From Dehalococcoidia bacterium (lineage in GTDB: Bacteria; Chloroflexota; Dehalococcoidia; Plut-88900): a stretch of DNA of 64,000 nucleotides. Position 1 is the stretch's first letter. Every line of letters starts with the position of its first letter. Positions 27,336 through 36,346 of this stretch are shown here, piece after piece. The translations under genes and the position numbers were made by a program. The stretch covers positions 1,536,001 through 1,600,000 of the forward strand of contig CBDBLV010000005.1 of the NCBI GenBank assembly GCA_965207225.1, given 5' to 3'. Under the pieces are notes generated by a model. That model was not told where the DNA came from. It was given only the letters and a program-made list of their open reading frames with translations, and made no database searches.

Positions 27336-27908
27336 ATGAAAGTCGCTGCGCTGGCAGCGGTCCTCGCCCTGGGCTCCCTTATGGTCCTCGCCGCCGTTAT
27401 TCCCGCCATGGCCCAGGCCCCCGGCCTGACCCTGGTCAATGCAGACCGGGAGTTCGTGGAGCGGAAGAAGGACGGCAGATTCATTGCCCGGCCCGTGTTC
27501 AGCAGGGAGCTGGACGAGCTCTACTACGCGATCCGGGACGCCGACACCGGCGACTGGGTGACTTTGATGTACCGGGTGCGGGGTGGAGAGAAGAAGCTCA
27601 GGGACGGATGGGAATACTCCTGGGAGTATCCAGCCCTGAGCGAGCAGCCCGACCTGGACCCCGGCAAGTCCTATCTGCTGGTAATCGGCGTACCCGCCAA
27701 CTCCGCCGGCGGCCCCTACGTATTCCACGCCCTGGTGCCCGTTTACCAGCCCACCGGCATCTTCGACCGGATACTTGCGGCCTTGGACCCCGGCAGGTGG
27801 GCTAAGGCCTTCGCCCGCTGGGTAGTCGAGGGAGTTCACGGCGGCTTGTGCGGCGTGGTGGAGCGGGCCACGAGGACGGACATCGGCAACTGCGAGGGTG
27901 GCGGCTGA
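27336..27908 (+). CDS. Exported hypothetical protein, first gene of tra operon
   Basis: Signal peptide MKVAALAAVLALG..AMA; TGATG coupling to next gene. Confidence 0.7.
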   Translation: MKVAALAAVLALGSLMVLAAVIPAMAQAPGLTLVNADREFVERKKDGRFIARPVFSRELDELYYAIRDADTGDWVTLMYRVRGGEKKLRDGWEYSWEYPALSEQPDLDPGKSYLLVIGVPANSAGGPYVFHALVPVYQPTGIFDRILAALDPGRWAKAFARWVVEGVHGGLCGVVERATRTDIGNCEGGG

Positions 27909-28885
27909 TGGGCGACATCCTTACCGGCACGCCCCCGGAGCTGACCTACGGCCACCCCGTAGTCCGGGAGGCCTGGATGGTGGTGTGGGGGATCGCCTCT
28001 GGTGCCCTCCTGGTCATCCTCGGCTGGATGGGCCTCAGCCTCATCATGCAGCACCATCTGGGGCAGACCAACACCGGTTGGCGGGAGGCGATTCCACGCC
28101 TGGTGCTGGGCCTGGTAGCAGCTGCCACCTCCTACTGGTGGTGCGCCCTCGTCATCGACGTTGCCCACACCGTCTCCAAGTACATCGCCGCCGCCCTGAA
28201 CGTCACCCCGGGAGACATGCTGAGGGCACCCCTGGAGAGCTTCCTCCGGACGGTGAACGCGGGGAGCGTGGGCATGGCGCTTCTCCTGGCCCTTCTCTTC
28301 GTGATATTCGGGTTCTTCGTCCTCTACGTCCTGCTGCAGATGGTGCTGCGGCTGGCCCTCATCGACATCCTGCTGGCCCTGGCGCCCATAGCTTTGGGAC
28401 TCTGGATACTGCCCCACACGGCAGGCTGGGGGCGTCATTGGCTGAGGCTCTTTTTGACCACGGTGTTCCAGCAGGCGGTGCAGCTGATAGCCCTGGCCAT
28501 GGGGTTCGGGTTCCTGGGGCAGTTTGCGGCGATACAGGCCTTCGAGCCGGCCCAGGACCTGGCGTGGAAACTGCTGCTTTCGATTGCCTTCGTCTACATG
28601 GCCACCCGTGTGCCCTCGATGCTGGGCAACGCCGGGACTTTCGACTCCTGGGTGAGCACCCTCTACTTCGGCCTGTCGTTGCCCAGCACCATCCTGCGCT
28701 CGGCGAAGAGCATCGGTCTCATTGCCGGGGCTGCGGGCGGAGGTGGGCCCGCGGGGGTGGCCATGGGAGCGGTAGCGGCCACGGCGGCCGGAACGGGCTT
28801 GGGGGCTACGGCCTCGGGGTTCAGATCCGCTTCGGAGGGAGTTTCTTCGGGAACGGGGTCAGCTCCCAGGAGCGCCGGCGAGTGA
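27908..28885 (+). CDS. VirB6/TrbL-like polytopic membrane protein
   Basis: Many TM helices, RLALIDILLALAPIAL..W..LF..Q, Gly/Ala-rich tail. Confidence 0.8.
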   Translation: MGDILTGTPPELTYGHPVVREAWMVVWGIASGALLVILGWMGLSLIMQHHLGQTNTGWREAIPRLVLGLVAAATSYWWCALVIDVAHTVSKYIAAALNVTPGDMLRAPLESFLRTVNAGSVGMALLLALLFVIFGFFVLYVLLQMVLRLALIDILLALAPIALGLWILPHTAGWGRHWLRLFLTTVFQQAVQLIALAMGFGFLGQFAAIQAFEPAQDLAWKLLLSIAFVYMATRVPSMLGNAGTFDSWVSTLYFGLSLPSTILRSAKSIGLIAGAAGGGGPAGVAMGAVAATAAGTGLGATASGFRSASEGVSSGTGSAPRSAGE

Positions 28886-29036
28886 CCCCGATGACTCCTT
28901 CAATCAAGTCCCGCAGGTTGGAGCGGATGACGAACATTGGACAGCCGAGACGGGGTGAAACGATGTGCAGCTAAGCGACGAGTGACAAATATCGGACACA
29001 GAACACAGAACGCAAGACCGAGATAGGAGGACTTAA

Positions 29037-29327
29037 GTGGAACAGCTGACCCAGACCATATCGAACATAGTGGGGATCATGATGGGCGTGGTGGGAGCGG
29101 TAGCGGTGGCCTACCTGGTGTACGGAGCCTTCTTATATATGACCGCCGGGGGCGCCCCGAGCCAGATGGAGAAGGGCAAGACGGCCATGATGACCTCCCT
29201 GGCGGGGGTGGTGCTGGCCCTCCTGGCCTACGTGATCGTCAGGGTCGTGATGGGGGCCATCGTGGACCCGGCCGTCGAGGTCGATCTCCCACCCCCCGGT
29301 ACCCCCACGCCGACGCCTACTGGCTGA
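29037..29327 (+). CDS. VirB2/TrbC-like pilin
   Basis: Two TMs with GAFLYMTAGG..MEKGK. Confidence 0.8.
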   Translation: MEQLTQTISNIVGIMMGVVGAVAVAYLVYGAFLYMTAGGAPSQMEKGKTAMMTSLAGVVLALLAYVIVRVVMGAIVDPAVEVDLPPPGTPTPTPTG

Positions 29328-29354
29328 TAGTGAAAGTGGAGAGGAGGCAGAGCG

Positions 29355-31175
29355 ATGAGAGAGCATGAAGTTCCTACCCACGTGCAGGCAGAGGACCGGG
29401 TCCTCTTGTGGTTCACATTTCCCCAACTGGTGGCAATGACCGCCATAGCCGCCCTGGCCTACGGGGCCTACCGCTACGCGCCCGTGGACTCCACGGGGTT
29501 GAGGATCGGGATGGCCATCATCCTGGGGCTAATGGGGATGGCCCTGGTGGTGGGTAAGGTCGGCGGGCGAAGGCTGCCCCTGGTGGTTGCCGACCTTTTG
29601 AAGTACCGGCTGGGCCCGCGGCGCTGGGCCGGTAAGCCGGCAGAGCTGGTGAGGCCCGAGCCCCCAGCGCCGGTGCAGTCGACGCCGGGCCCCGTCGGTC
29701 TGCTGCTAAAGAAGATACGGCGAATCACCCGCCGCCGCAATGTTCGCACGCCCCTCCATCCCCACGGCCGGTCCGGCAAGGGCCGACGGCGCAGGAAGAA
29801 AGACCGCGGAAACGACGCCGGAAAGAACAGGGGCGACGACCACGGGGGTGAAGTCCGCAAGACCAAGGGGAAAAACCGAGGGAATGAAGCTCGTAAGACC
29901 AGAGGGAAAAACGGAGGCAGCGAAGTTCGCAATACCAGGGCGAAAAACCGCAGGAACGACGCCCGCAAGACAAAGAGGAACAGGGACTGGCGGAGCTGGT
30001 TAGCCGTCCCGGCCGCCCTTATGGGGGCTTTCCTGGTGACGGCAACCGGGACCGTCCCGCCCGTCGCCCTGGCGGATGACCACCACCCCGACGGGCTCGG
30101 GTTCGATATAGCCGAGCCGATACCAGGCAGGAGGGTTTACATCGAGGGGTTGGCTGTCACGGAAGGCCGGGCCACAGTGACGGTGAGGGCCGCGGTGGCC
30201 CTGGACCTCTGGGTGCGGGCCTACGGAGGCCCCGGAGGCGAGGTGCTGAACCACCGGGAGACATCCTGGCTGCCGGAGGGGCAGCGGAAGACCTACAACC
30301 TGCCCCTCTCGGGTGACTCCCCTTCGCTGACCTTCTCCTGGAAGGACCGGCTGGGCCAGACCGGCGCAGTCACGCTCAAGGGCAGTCAGCTGTCCCATCC
30401 CCTGCCGGCTGTGGAGGGAGAGTTCTGCGACCTCGAGCTCTCATCTCTGAAATGGACTCCCGGCTGGATCGAGGGGACCGTGGTGTCGGAGTGCGAGGAC
30501 GAGCTGGTCGAGATCGTCGGCCTGCCCGTGGTGACCGGGCATGAATCGGTTTCGGTGAACTCGGCCATGGAAGCCGAAGTGGTCGCCATAACTGGAACGA
30601 TCACCATAACGGCAGGCGGAATCCGTGGACCGGTGCCCTTTGTCCCCGACGGCTTCACGCGTTTCCGGGGCCCCGTTCCCCTGGGCAAGGCCATACACAG
30701 GGTGAGCATGGAAGCCGACCTCGACGCGCAGATACGGATGGAGCTTCCGCCGGTGGTGGGCCTGACCCATCACCCGGAGAGGGACGAGGAGACTACGAAG
30801 ACGGTCAGCCTGTACCGACCAGGCACGACCAGGTCCGTCTCCGAGACCGTGCAGGTCTCCAACCCCGATGGCACCTTCACTCAGCAGGTGATCTCGGCCA
30901 ATCTGTCCATACCGGGGGCCACGGTCTCTAAAGACGTGACCGTTACCGTCACCCACGAGGAGCACGTAAAGGCCGAGGTGACGGAGCGGGGCCCCATGAC
31001 CCGCACGCGGAACGAGGTTCTGCAAATGACGTCGAACTTCGGCTCGGACGAACCCTACCGGCCGATGGCCCTTCCCGAGCCGGAGCCCGAGCCCGACCCG
31101 GCCATCCAGACCCCCGGAGACATGGAGGAGCTGCGAAAGCTGTTTGAGCTCTTGGGCTGGGAGTGGCCCTGGTGA
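29355..31175 (+). CDS. PrgI/VirB3-like protein fused to basic repeats and a large beta-rich domain
   Basis: HEVPTHVQAEDRVLLWFTFPQL plus 2 TMs; third hydrophobic segment ending ALA then Val/Thr-rich region. Confidence 0.75.
   Translation: MREHEVPTHVQAEDRVLLWFTFPQLVAMTAIAALAYGAYRYAPVDSTGLRIGMAIILGLMGMALVVGKVGGRRLPLVVADLLKYRLGPRRWAGKPAELVRPEPPAPVQSTPGPVGLLLKKIRRITRRRNVRTPLHPHGRSGKGRRRRKKDRGNDAGKNRGDDHGGEVRKTKGKNRGNEARKTRGKNGGSEVRNTRAKNRRNDARKTKRNRDWRSWLAVPAALMGAFLVTATGTVPPVALADDHHPDGLGFDIAEPIPGRRVYIEGLAVTEGRATVTVRAAVALDLWVRAYGGPGGEVLNHRETSWLPEGQRKTYNLPLSGDSPSLTFSWKDRLGQTGAVTLKGSQLSHPLPAVEGEFCDLELSSLKWTPGWIEGTVVSECEDELVEIVGLPVVTGHESVSVNSAMEAEVVAITGTITITAGGIRGPVPFVPDGFTRFRGPVPLGKAIHRVSMEADLDAQIRMELPPVVGLTHHPERDEETTKTVSLYRPGTTRSVSETVQVSNPDGTFTQQVISANLSIPGATVSKDVTVTVTHEEHVKAEVTERGPMTRTRNEVLQMTSNFGSDEPYRPMALPEPEPEPDPAIQTPGDMEELRKLFELLGWEWPW
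29799..29978 (+). repeat. Five degenerate 36-bp (12-aa) coding repeats
   Basis: KDRGNDAGKNRG/DDHGGEVRKTKG/KNRGNEARKTRG/KNGGSEVRNTRA/KNRRNDARKTKR. Confidence 0.85.
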
Positions 31176-31486
31176 GAAGGCTGACAGGCTCCATACTCCT
31201 TGTGGCGTGGGCGCTGGCCGCCATGGGCGCCGATGCCCCCATACAGAAGGGGAACATGCTGCTCTCCTTCGTCAGGGTGCTGGACGCCATGGTCTACGCC
31301 GCGGCGGGGCTATGCCTCTTCGCCGTGGTGTGGGCAGGGTTCCTGCTCATGGCCGAGGGGGCCGAGGAGCGTGGTGTGGGCAGGGCGCGCGCCTCGGTGG
31401 TCCTGGGGGTCGCGGGTCTCGTCCTCACCCTGTCGGCAAGGGGGATAGTCCTGGTGCTGGTGAAGGTGGTTGACCCGACGCCCTAA
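31163..31486 (+). CDS. Second pilin-like membrane protein
   Basis: AGFLLMAEGAEE..GRARA between hydrophobic helices. Confidence 0.65.
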   Translation: MALVRRLTGSILLVAWALAAMGADAPIQKGNMLLSFVRVLDAMVYAAAGLCLFAVVWAGFLLMAEGAEERGVGRARASVVLGVAGLVLTLSARGIVLVLVKVVDPTP

Positions 31487-31506
31487 CAATTGGAGGAGAA
31501 ATCAGC

Positions 31507-33735
31507 TTGAAATCCATATTTGACAAGTTGCGTCAACTCGTTCCCCGCCCCGGCTCACCTCGCAACAAGAGCAAGGAGGGACACCGGCGACCGGCGCCGA
31601 AGCCCCCGCCCGCGCTGCCGCCCTTCTACCTCCTGTCCCACCTGGAGGAGGACGGGCCGGTGCGGCTGGACGGGGTGAAGCTGGGGATATGCGAGGTTAT
31701 GGGCCTTGAGCTGGACGAGCCGAAGCTGGGCTCCTTCGCCGGCGCCCTCAACGCCCTGGACTTCCCCGTCCAGCTCCTGGTCAGGCAGCACCCGCCGGTG
31801 CTGGGCAGGCTGAGCGAAGACCTCAAGAAGGCCCAGCCGGAGGATCTGCCTGCGAAGACTGGAGAGGCCGCCGAGTCGCTCAGGGGTCTATTGACCAATC
31901 TGGAGCATAGGGAGGGGGTCCTGGACCGGAGGTTCTACGCGGTGTGCCGATTCGAGCGGGCCGAGGAGCTTGCCTCTTTGCTGTCTCGCTCCGGGCTTGC
32001 GGTCCAACCCCTCAAGGAACGCACCCTCAGGATGTTCCTCCTGGCCTCGGTGTTGGGAGGCTCTCCCAGGGAGGTGGATGACAATGCAGAAGTGAGTGTC
32101 GAGGTCAACCGGCGGGAGATGAGGATAAGCGGCATGCTGATGCGCTCCCTCCACCTGGTGAAATGGCCCCGCTCCCTGGCCCCGGGGTTCCTGCAGGCCC
32201 TGATGATGACGGGCATCCCCATGGACATTTCGCTCCACATGGGAGCCATACCGGCGGACCAGGCCTCCCGAACCCTGGAATGGCAGAAGGTGCGGTTCGA
32301 ATCGGCCCGTGCACTGTCATTCCGCAAGGGTAAGAGCCTGTCCCCCGAGGCGGAGATAGCCCTGGAGGACATCTCACGGCTCAGGGACGAGGTGCAGAGG
32401 GGCAGGGAGCGGCTATTCCACTCGTCCCTCGCCATCACCCTTCATGCCCGAGACCGGAAGAACCTGGACGAGTACACCCAGAGGGCCAAGGCTCACTTCG
32501 CCTCCGTCCTGGGCAGGCTTGACGGCCTCTCCTTCCGGCAGAGGGAGGGGCTCCTCTCTACCCTGCCGCTGGAGCTCAACGCCGTGTCCCTGTGGAGAAC
32601 ATTGGACACCTCCAGCCTTGCTCGGCTGTTCCCCTTCTCTCCCCCCGACCTGGACACCCGGAGCGGCACTCTCTACGGGCTCGACCTCAGGGCCCGGGCG
32701 CCCATCGTGTACGACCCCTGGGATGGCACCCACCTCAACGCCAACACCGCTGTACTGGCCCGCTCCGGATCGGGAAAGTCCTTTGCCACCAAGCTGGGGG
32801 TGCTGAGGGGGATCTGCCGCGGTATCACAGCCTACGTTATAGACCCCGAGGGTGAGTACGCCGACATGGCCAGGGCGGCCGGGGGCAGGGTGCTCTCCCC
32901 CGGCGTGCCGGGACAGGGCATGAACCCCTTCGTCATCGACCGTGAAGACGAGGAGGAGATGCTGCAGCGCATCGGCAGCCTCAGGCGTCTGATAGAGGTG
33001 ATGGTGGGAGAGAGGCTGGGCGCAGAGCGGAGGGCGTCCCTGGACCACGCCCTTGCGCGCTACTACGACCGGGCAGGTGAGAGGACGGGGTTCGGAGATT
33101 TCTACAAATACCTGGAGACCTACGACTCCGATGGGCTGGCGAAACTGTTGAGGCCATTCTCCACCGGGAGCCTGCGCCACCTGCTTTCGGACGAAGGGGA
33201 CGACCTGCTGCACAACGAGGCGCTGGTGACGGTGTTCGACCTGAGGCTCCTGGAGCCGGAGCTCCGACCCGCCGCCGCCATGGTCTGCACCGAGACGGTA
33301 TGGGCAGCTTCGGCCCGCGATCCGAGGCCCCGTCTGCTGGTGGTGGACGAGGTGTGGAGCATCATGCAGCACCCCGAGGGAGCGGCCTTCATGGTATCGA
33401 TGGCCAAGAGGGCCCGAAAGCACAGGCTGGGCCTGTCGTTCATCACCCAGGACGTCCAGGACCTCCTCAGCGAGGACACCTCCCGCACCATTACCGGGCA
33501 CTCAGGGAGAGCCCTCCTCCAGAACGCAGCCTTCAAGCTGCTGCTCCAGCAGGACGCCGCCGCCATCGGCACCGTGGGGGACGCCTTCGACCTGCCGGAG
33601 GAGTTGCAGAGGTGGCTGCTGTCGTGCCCCCGGGGCGACGGGCTGCTGCTGGCAAAGGGGGACCGGTTCCCGGTGCGCATTGAGGCCACGTCGGAGGAGA
33701 CGGCGATCATCGAGTGGAGGCCGGGCAGGCACTAG
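31507..33735 (+). CDS. VirB4-like conjugation ATPase
   Basis: ARSGSGKS, VIDPEGEY, VVDEVW, KRARKH..ITQ. Confidence 0.93.
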   Translation: MKSIFDKLRQLVPRPGSPRNKSKEGHRRPAPKPPPALPPFYLLSHLEEDGPVRLDGVKLGICEVMGLELDEPKLGSFAGALNALDFPVQLLVRQHPPVLGRLSEDLKKAQPEDLPAKTGEAAESLRGLLTNLEHREGVLDRRFYAVCRFERAEELASLLSRSGLAVQPLKERTLRMFLLASVLGGSPREVDDNAEVSVEVNRREMRISGMLMRSLHLVKWPRSLAPGFLQALMMTGIPMDISLHMGAIPADQASRTLEWQKVRFESARALSFRKGKSLSPEAEIALEDISRLRDEVQRGRERLFHSSLAITLHARDRKNLDEYTQRAKAHFASVLGRLDGLSFRQREGLLSTLPLELNAVSLWRTLDTSSLARLFPFSPPDLDTRSGTLYGLDLRARAPIVYDPWDGTHLNANTAVLARSGSGKSFATKLGVLRGICRGITAYVIDPEGEYADMARAAGGRVLSPGVPGQGMNPFVIDREDEEEMLQRIGSLRRLIEVMVGERLGAERRASLDHALARYYDRAGERTGFGDFYKYLETYDSDGLAKLLRPFSTGSLRHLLSDEGDDLLHNEALVTVFDLRLLEPELRPAAAMVCTETVWAASARDPRPRLLVVDEVWSIMQHPEGAAFMVSMAKRARKHRLGLSFITQDVQDLLSEDTSRTITGHSGRALLQNAAFKLLLQQDAAAIGTVGDAFDLPEELQRWLLSCPRGDGLLLAKGDRFPVRIEATSEETAIIEWRPGRH

Positions 33736-33751
33736 AGGTTGGAGATTTGTC

Positions 33752-36346
33752 ATGCAGCTAAACCCCCTGAAACGTTTGACACGCAGGCCCCAAAGTCCCG
33801 AGCCCGTGCTTTTGGCGGTAACCCCACCCCGCACGGGGGAGCGCACACTGCTGGGGGTGGAGAACATGCTTTCCTCCATAGCCTTACCCAAGCCTTTCTC
33901 GCTGGAGCTGGCGGGAGACTCTCATGGGGTGACGCTCATGGCCCGCTGCCTGGACGGCGACGTGGTCAGGGACCAGATCGCGGCTCACTATCCCCAGGCC
34001 CGGATACGGGAGGTGTCGAAAGTGCAGGACCCGCTGCGACTCCGGGAAGACGATCAGGCCTGGGAGATGACCATCCGGTCGTCGGGTCCCGAGTACGTGC
34101 CGCTACGGCTGTTCAGGGACGGCGACCTGCTGGACCCCGGCTCCGATCCCCTCGTCGCCCTATTGGGCGCCCTCTCCGACCTCAATGAGGGAGAGCGGGT
34201 GGTGTCAAGGCTCCTGCTGCGCTCCCTGGGACCGGGGTGGTCGCGGCACCACATGGAAATGGCCCACGGCCAGACCGTCCCGCGTTCCCAACTCGTTCCC
34301 GGGCCTTACGCCCAACAACCTCGGGGTCCGGGTCTGGGGATGGTCGTTCTGGGACTCGTGGCCCTGGCTGCCTACCAGGGCTACACATGGTTCCACGCGG
34401 GTGAAGTTTTGAAGGCCGTGGTACTGGGACTGGGAGCCGTGGGACTCCTGGCCGTTGGAACATGGGCATGGCAACGTTGGAAAGATTCCCGCTCCCGGGT
34501 CTTTGACCCAGTGCTCATAAAGGAGAAGGTCTCCCGCACAGCCTTCGAGGCCGAGATACGGGTGACGGCCATCCTGCCGCAGAACTCGAGGGCACAGCGA
34601 GCCGGAGAACTGCTGGAGAAGATCGCATCAGCCTACCGGAACTACGACAACCCGGCCGGCGCCCGGTTCAGGGTGGGAAAGGCCAGACCTTTAGTTCCGG
34701 TTGCGGACCTCAATCCCACCGGGCCTGGACTGTTCGGCGCCCGGAGCATAATCGGGGTGCGTGAGGCAGCCTGCCTCTGGCATCCTCCTGGCGAAAAGGA
34801 TGAAACGCCCCTGGTGAGCCGGGCCGGGTCGAAGGTGCTGCTACCGGAGACCACCGGTATCGAGGAGGGCGCCCACGTCGGAGAGACCACGGACGGAACT
34901 CCCCGGAAGGTCCGGTTCTCCACGGATCTGTTGCGGCGACACCATCTCTACGTGGCCAGGACCCGCATGGGCAAGTCCACCCTAATGCACCACGTCGTCG
35001 CCCACAAGATGAGGGAGAAGTCGGAGGGCAGGGACGGTGACGCCATTGTCCTTATAGATCCCCACGCAGACCTGGTCGGCGGCCTGCTGGAGCACGTTCC
35101 CGAATCCCTGGTGGACCGGGTGCGCCTCATCGACTTGGCCGACGAGCGGGGAGCGCCCGGCATCAACCTCCTGGACACCCGCGTCTTCTCCGACCGTGAC
35201 CGCACCGCCGACTCTGTGGTGCGGGTGGCGCGGGGTCTCTGGGACCAGTGGGGGCCCAGGATGCAGTCCATACTGGAGCAGACGGTCAAGAGCCTGCATG
35301 AGGCCAACGAGCACCGCGAGGCAGGGGAGCAATACACTATCCTCGACGGGCTCAGGATTCTTTCCAACGACAAGTTCCGAAACAAGGTGCTGGAGAAGGT
35401 CAGCGATCCGTACCTGCTGGAATGGTGGGCCAGGGACTTCGCCGGCTGGCGGCGGGAGTACAAGGCCGAGGCACTGGCTCCCGTGCAGACCCGCCTCTCC
35501 TACTACGCCACATCCAAGCGGGCCCGTGCGGTGCTGGGCCAGTCCCGCTCCACCATCGACATGCGCAGGCTCATCCACGACGGAGGCGTGCTGCTGGTAT
35601 CCACGGCCCAGGGGAGCGTCGGCAGGGATGTCGCCGCGCTGGTCGGGGCGTCCCTGCTCAACCTGGTTGATGCGGTCGTCCGGGAGCAGGGGAGCCTGCC
35701 TTTGGAGAAGCGACGAGGCGCGCTGGTCGTGGTAGACGAGATGCAGTCCATGCCTGGCGTGGACTACGAGTCGATGCTCTCGGAGCTGGGCAAGTTCGGG
35801 GCTTCGTTCATCCTGGCCACCCAGAGCCTCGCGAAGCTGGACGACCTCTCCCGCACCATGCGGGATACCCTGCTGGCCAACGTGGGGTGTCTGGCCGTGT
35901 TCCAGGTGGCGGGCGGCGACGCGAGACAGCTTGTGTGGGAGCTGGGCCGTGACAGGCTTTCGGAGGAGGACATCACCTCCCTAGAGGTGCACCAGTGCTA
36001 TGTGAGGGCAACGGTAGGCAGGGAGCGGATACCTGCGTTCTCGATGAAAATCAGGAAACCGGAGTCCGGTGATCCCGCCGTTGCCGACGGTATTCGTTCG
36101 GAGGCCCAGGGATACGTAACCAAAGCGCGAGACATTGCAGAGAAGGACTCAGGTCTGCTCAAACTTGTGGAAGAGTACCGGGAGAAAATGGAGAACCTGA
36201 AGGAGGGCGAGAAGCCTTCGACGACGACTAAAGAGAAAGGGCCCACCCAATCCAAGAAAGACGCCCGTCACAAGGTGCGCTCCAAGCGGGACAAAGCAGA
36301 CAAGGCCCCGGTACCCAAGGGTTTGGAAGAGAGCGGCGTCCAGTGA
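33752..36346 (+). CDS. VirD4/TraD-like type IV coupling protein
   Basis: Two TMs, RHHLYVARTRMGKST, LIDPHADL, VVDEMQ, GKFG..ILATQ. Confidence 0.88.
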   Translation: MQLNPLKRLTRRPQSPEPVLLAVTPPRTGERTLLGVENMLSSIALPKPFSLELAGDSHGVTLMARCLDGDVVRDQIAAHYPQARIREVSKVQDPLRLREDDQAWEMTIRSSGPEYVPLRLFRDGDLLDPGSDPLVALLGALSDLNEGERVVSRLLLRSLGPGWSRHHMEMAHGQTVPRSQLVPGPYAQQPRGPGLGMVVLGLVALAAYQGYTWFHAGEVLKAVVLGLGAVGLLAVGTWAWQRWKDSRSRVFDPVLIKEKVSRTAFEAEIRVTAILPQNSRAQRAGELLEKIASAYRNYDNPAGARFRVGKARPLVPVADLNPTGPGLFGARSIIGVREAACLWHPPGEKDETPLVSRAGSKVLLPETTGIEEGAHVGETTDGTPRKVRFSTDLLRRHHLYVARTRMGKSTLMHHVVAHKMREKSEGRDGDAIVLIDPHADLVGGLLEHVPESLVDRVRLIDLADERGAPGINLLDTRVFSDRDRTADSVVRVARGLWDQWGPRMQSILEQTVKSLHEANEHREAGEQYTILDGLRILSNDKFRNKVLEKVSDPYLLEWWARDFAGWRREYKAEALAPVQTRLSYYATSKRARAVLGQSRSTIDMRRLIHDGGVLLVSTAQGSVGRDVAALVGASLLNLVDAVVREQGSLPLEKRRGALVVVDEMQSMPGVDYESMLSELGKFGASFILATQSLAKLDDLSRTMRDTLLANVGCLAVFQVAGGDARQLVWELGRDRLSEEDITSLEVHQCYVRATVGRERIPAFSMKIRKPESGDPAVADGIRSEAQGYVTKARDIAEKDSGLLKLVEEYREKMENLKEGEKPSTTTKEKGPTQSKKDARHKVRSKRDKADKAPVPKGLEESGVQ

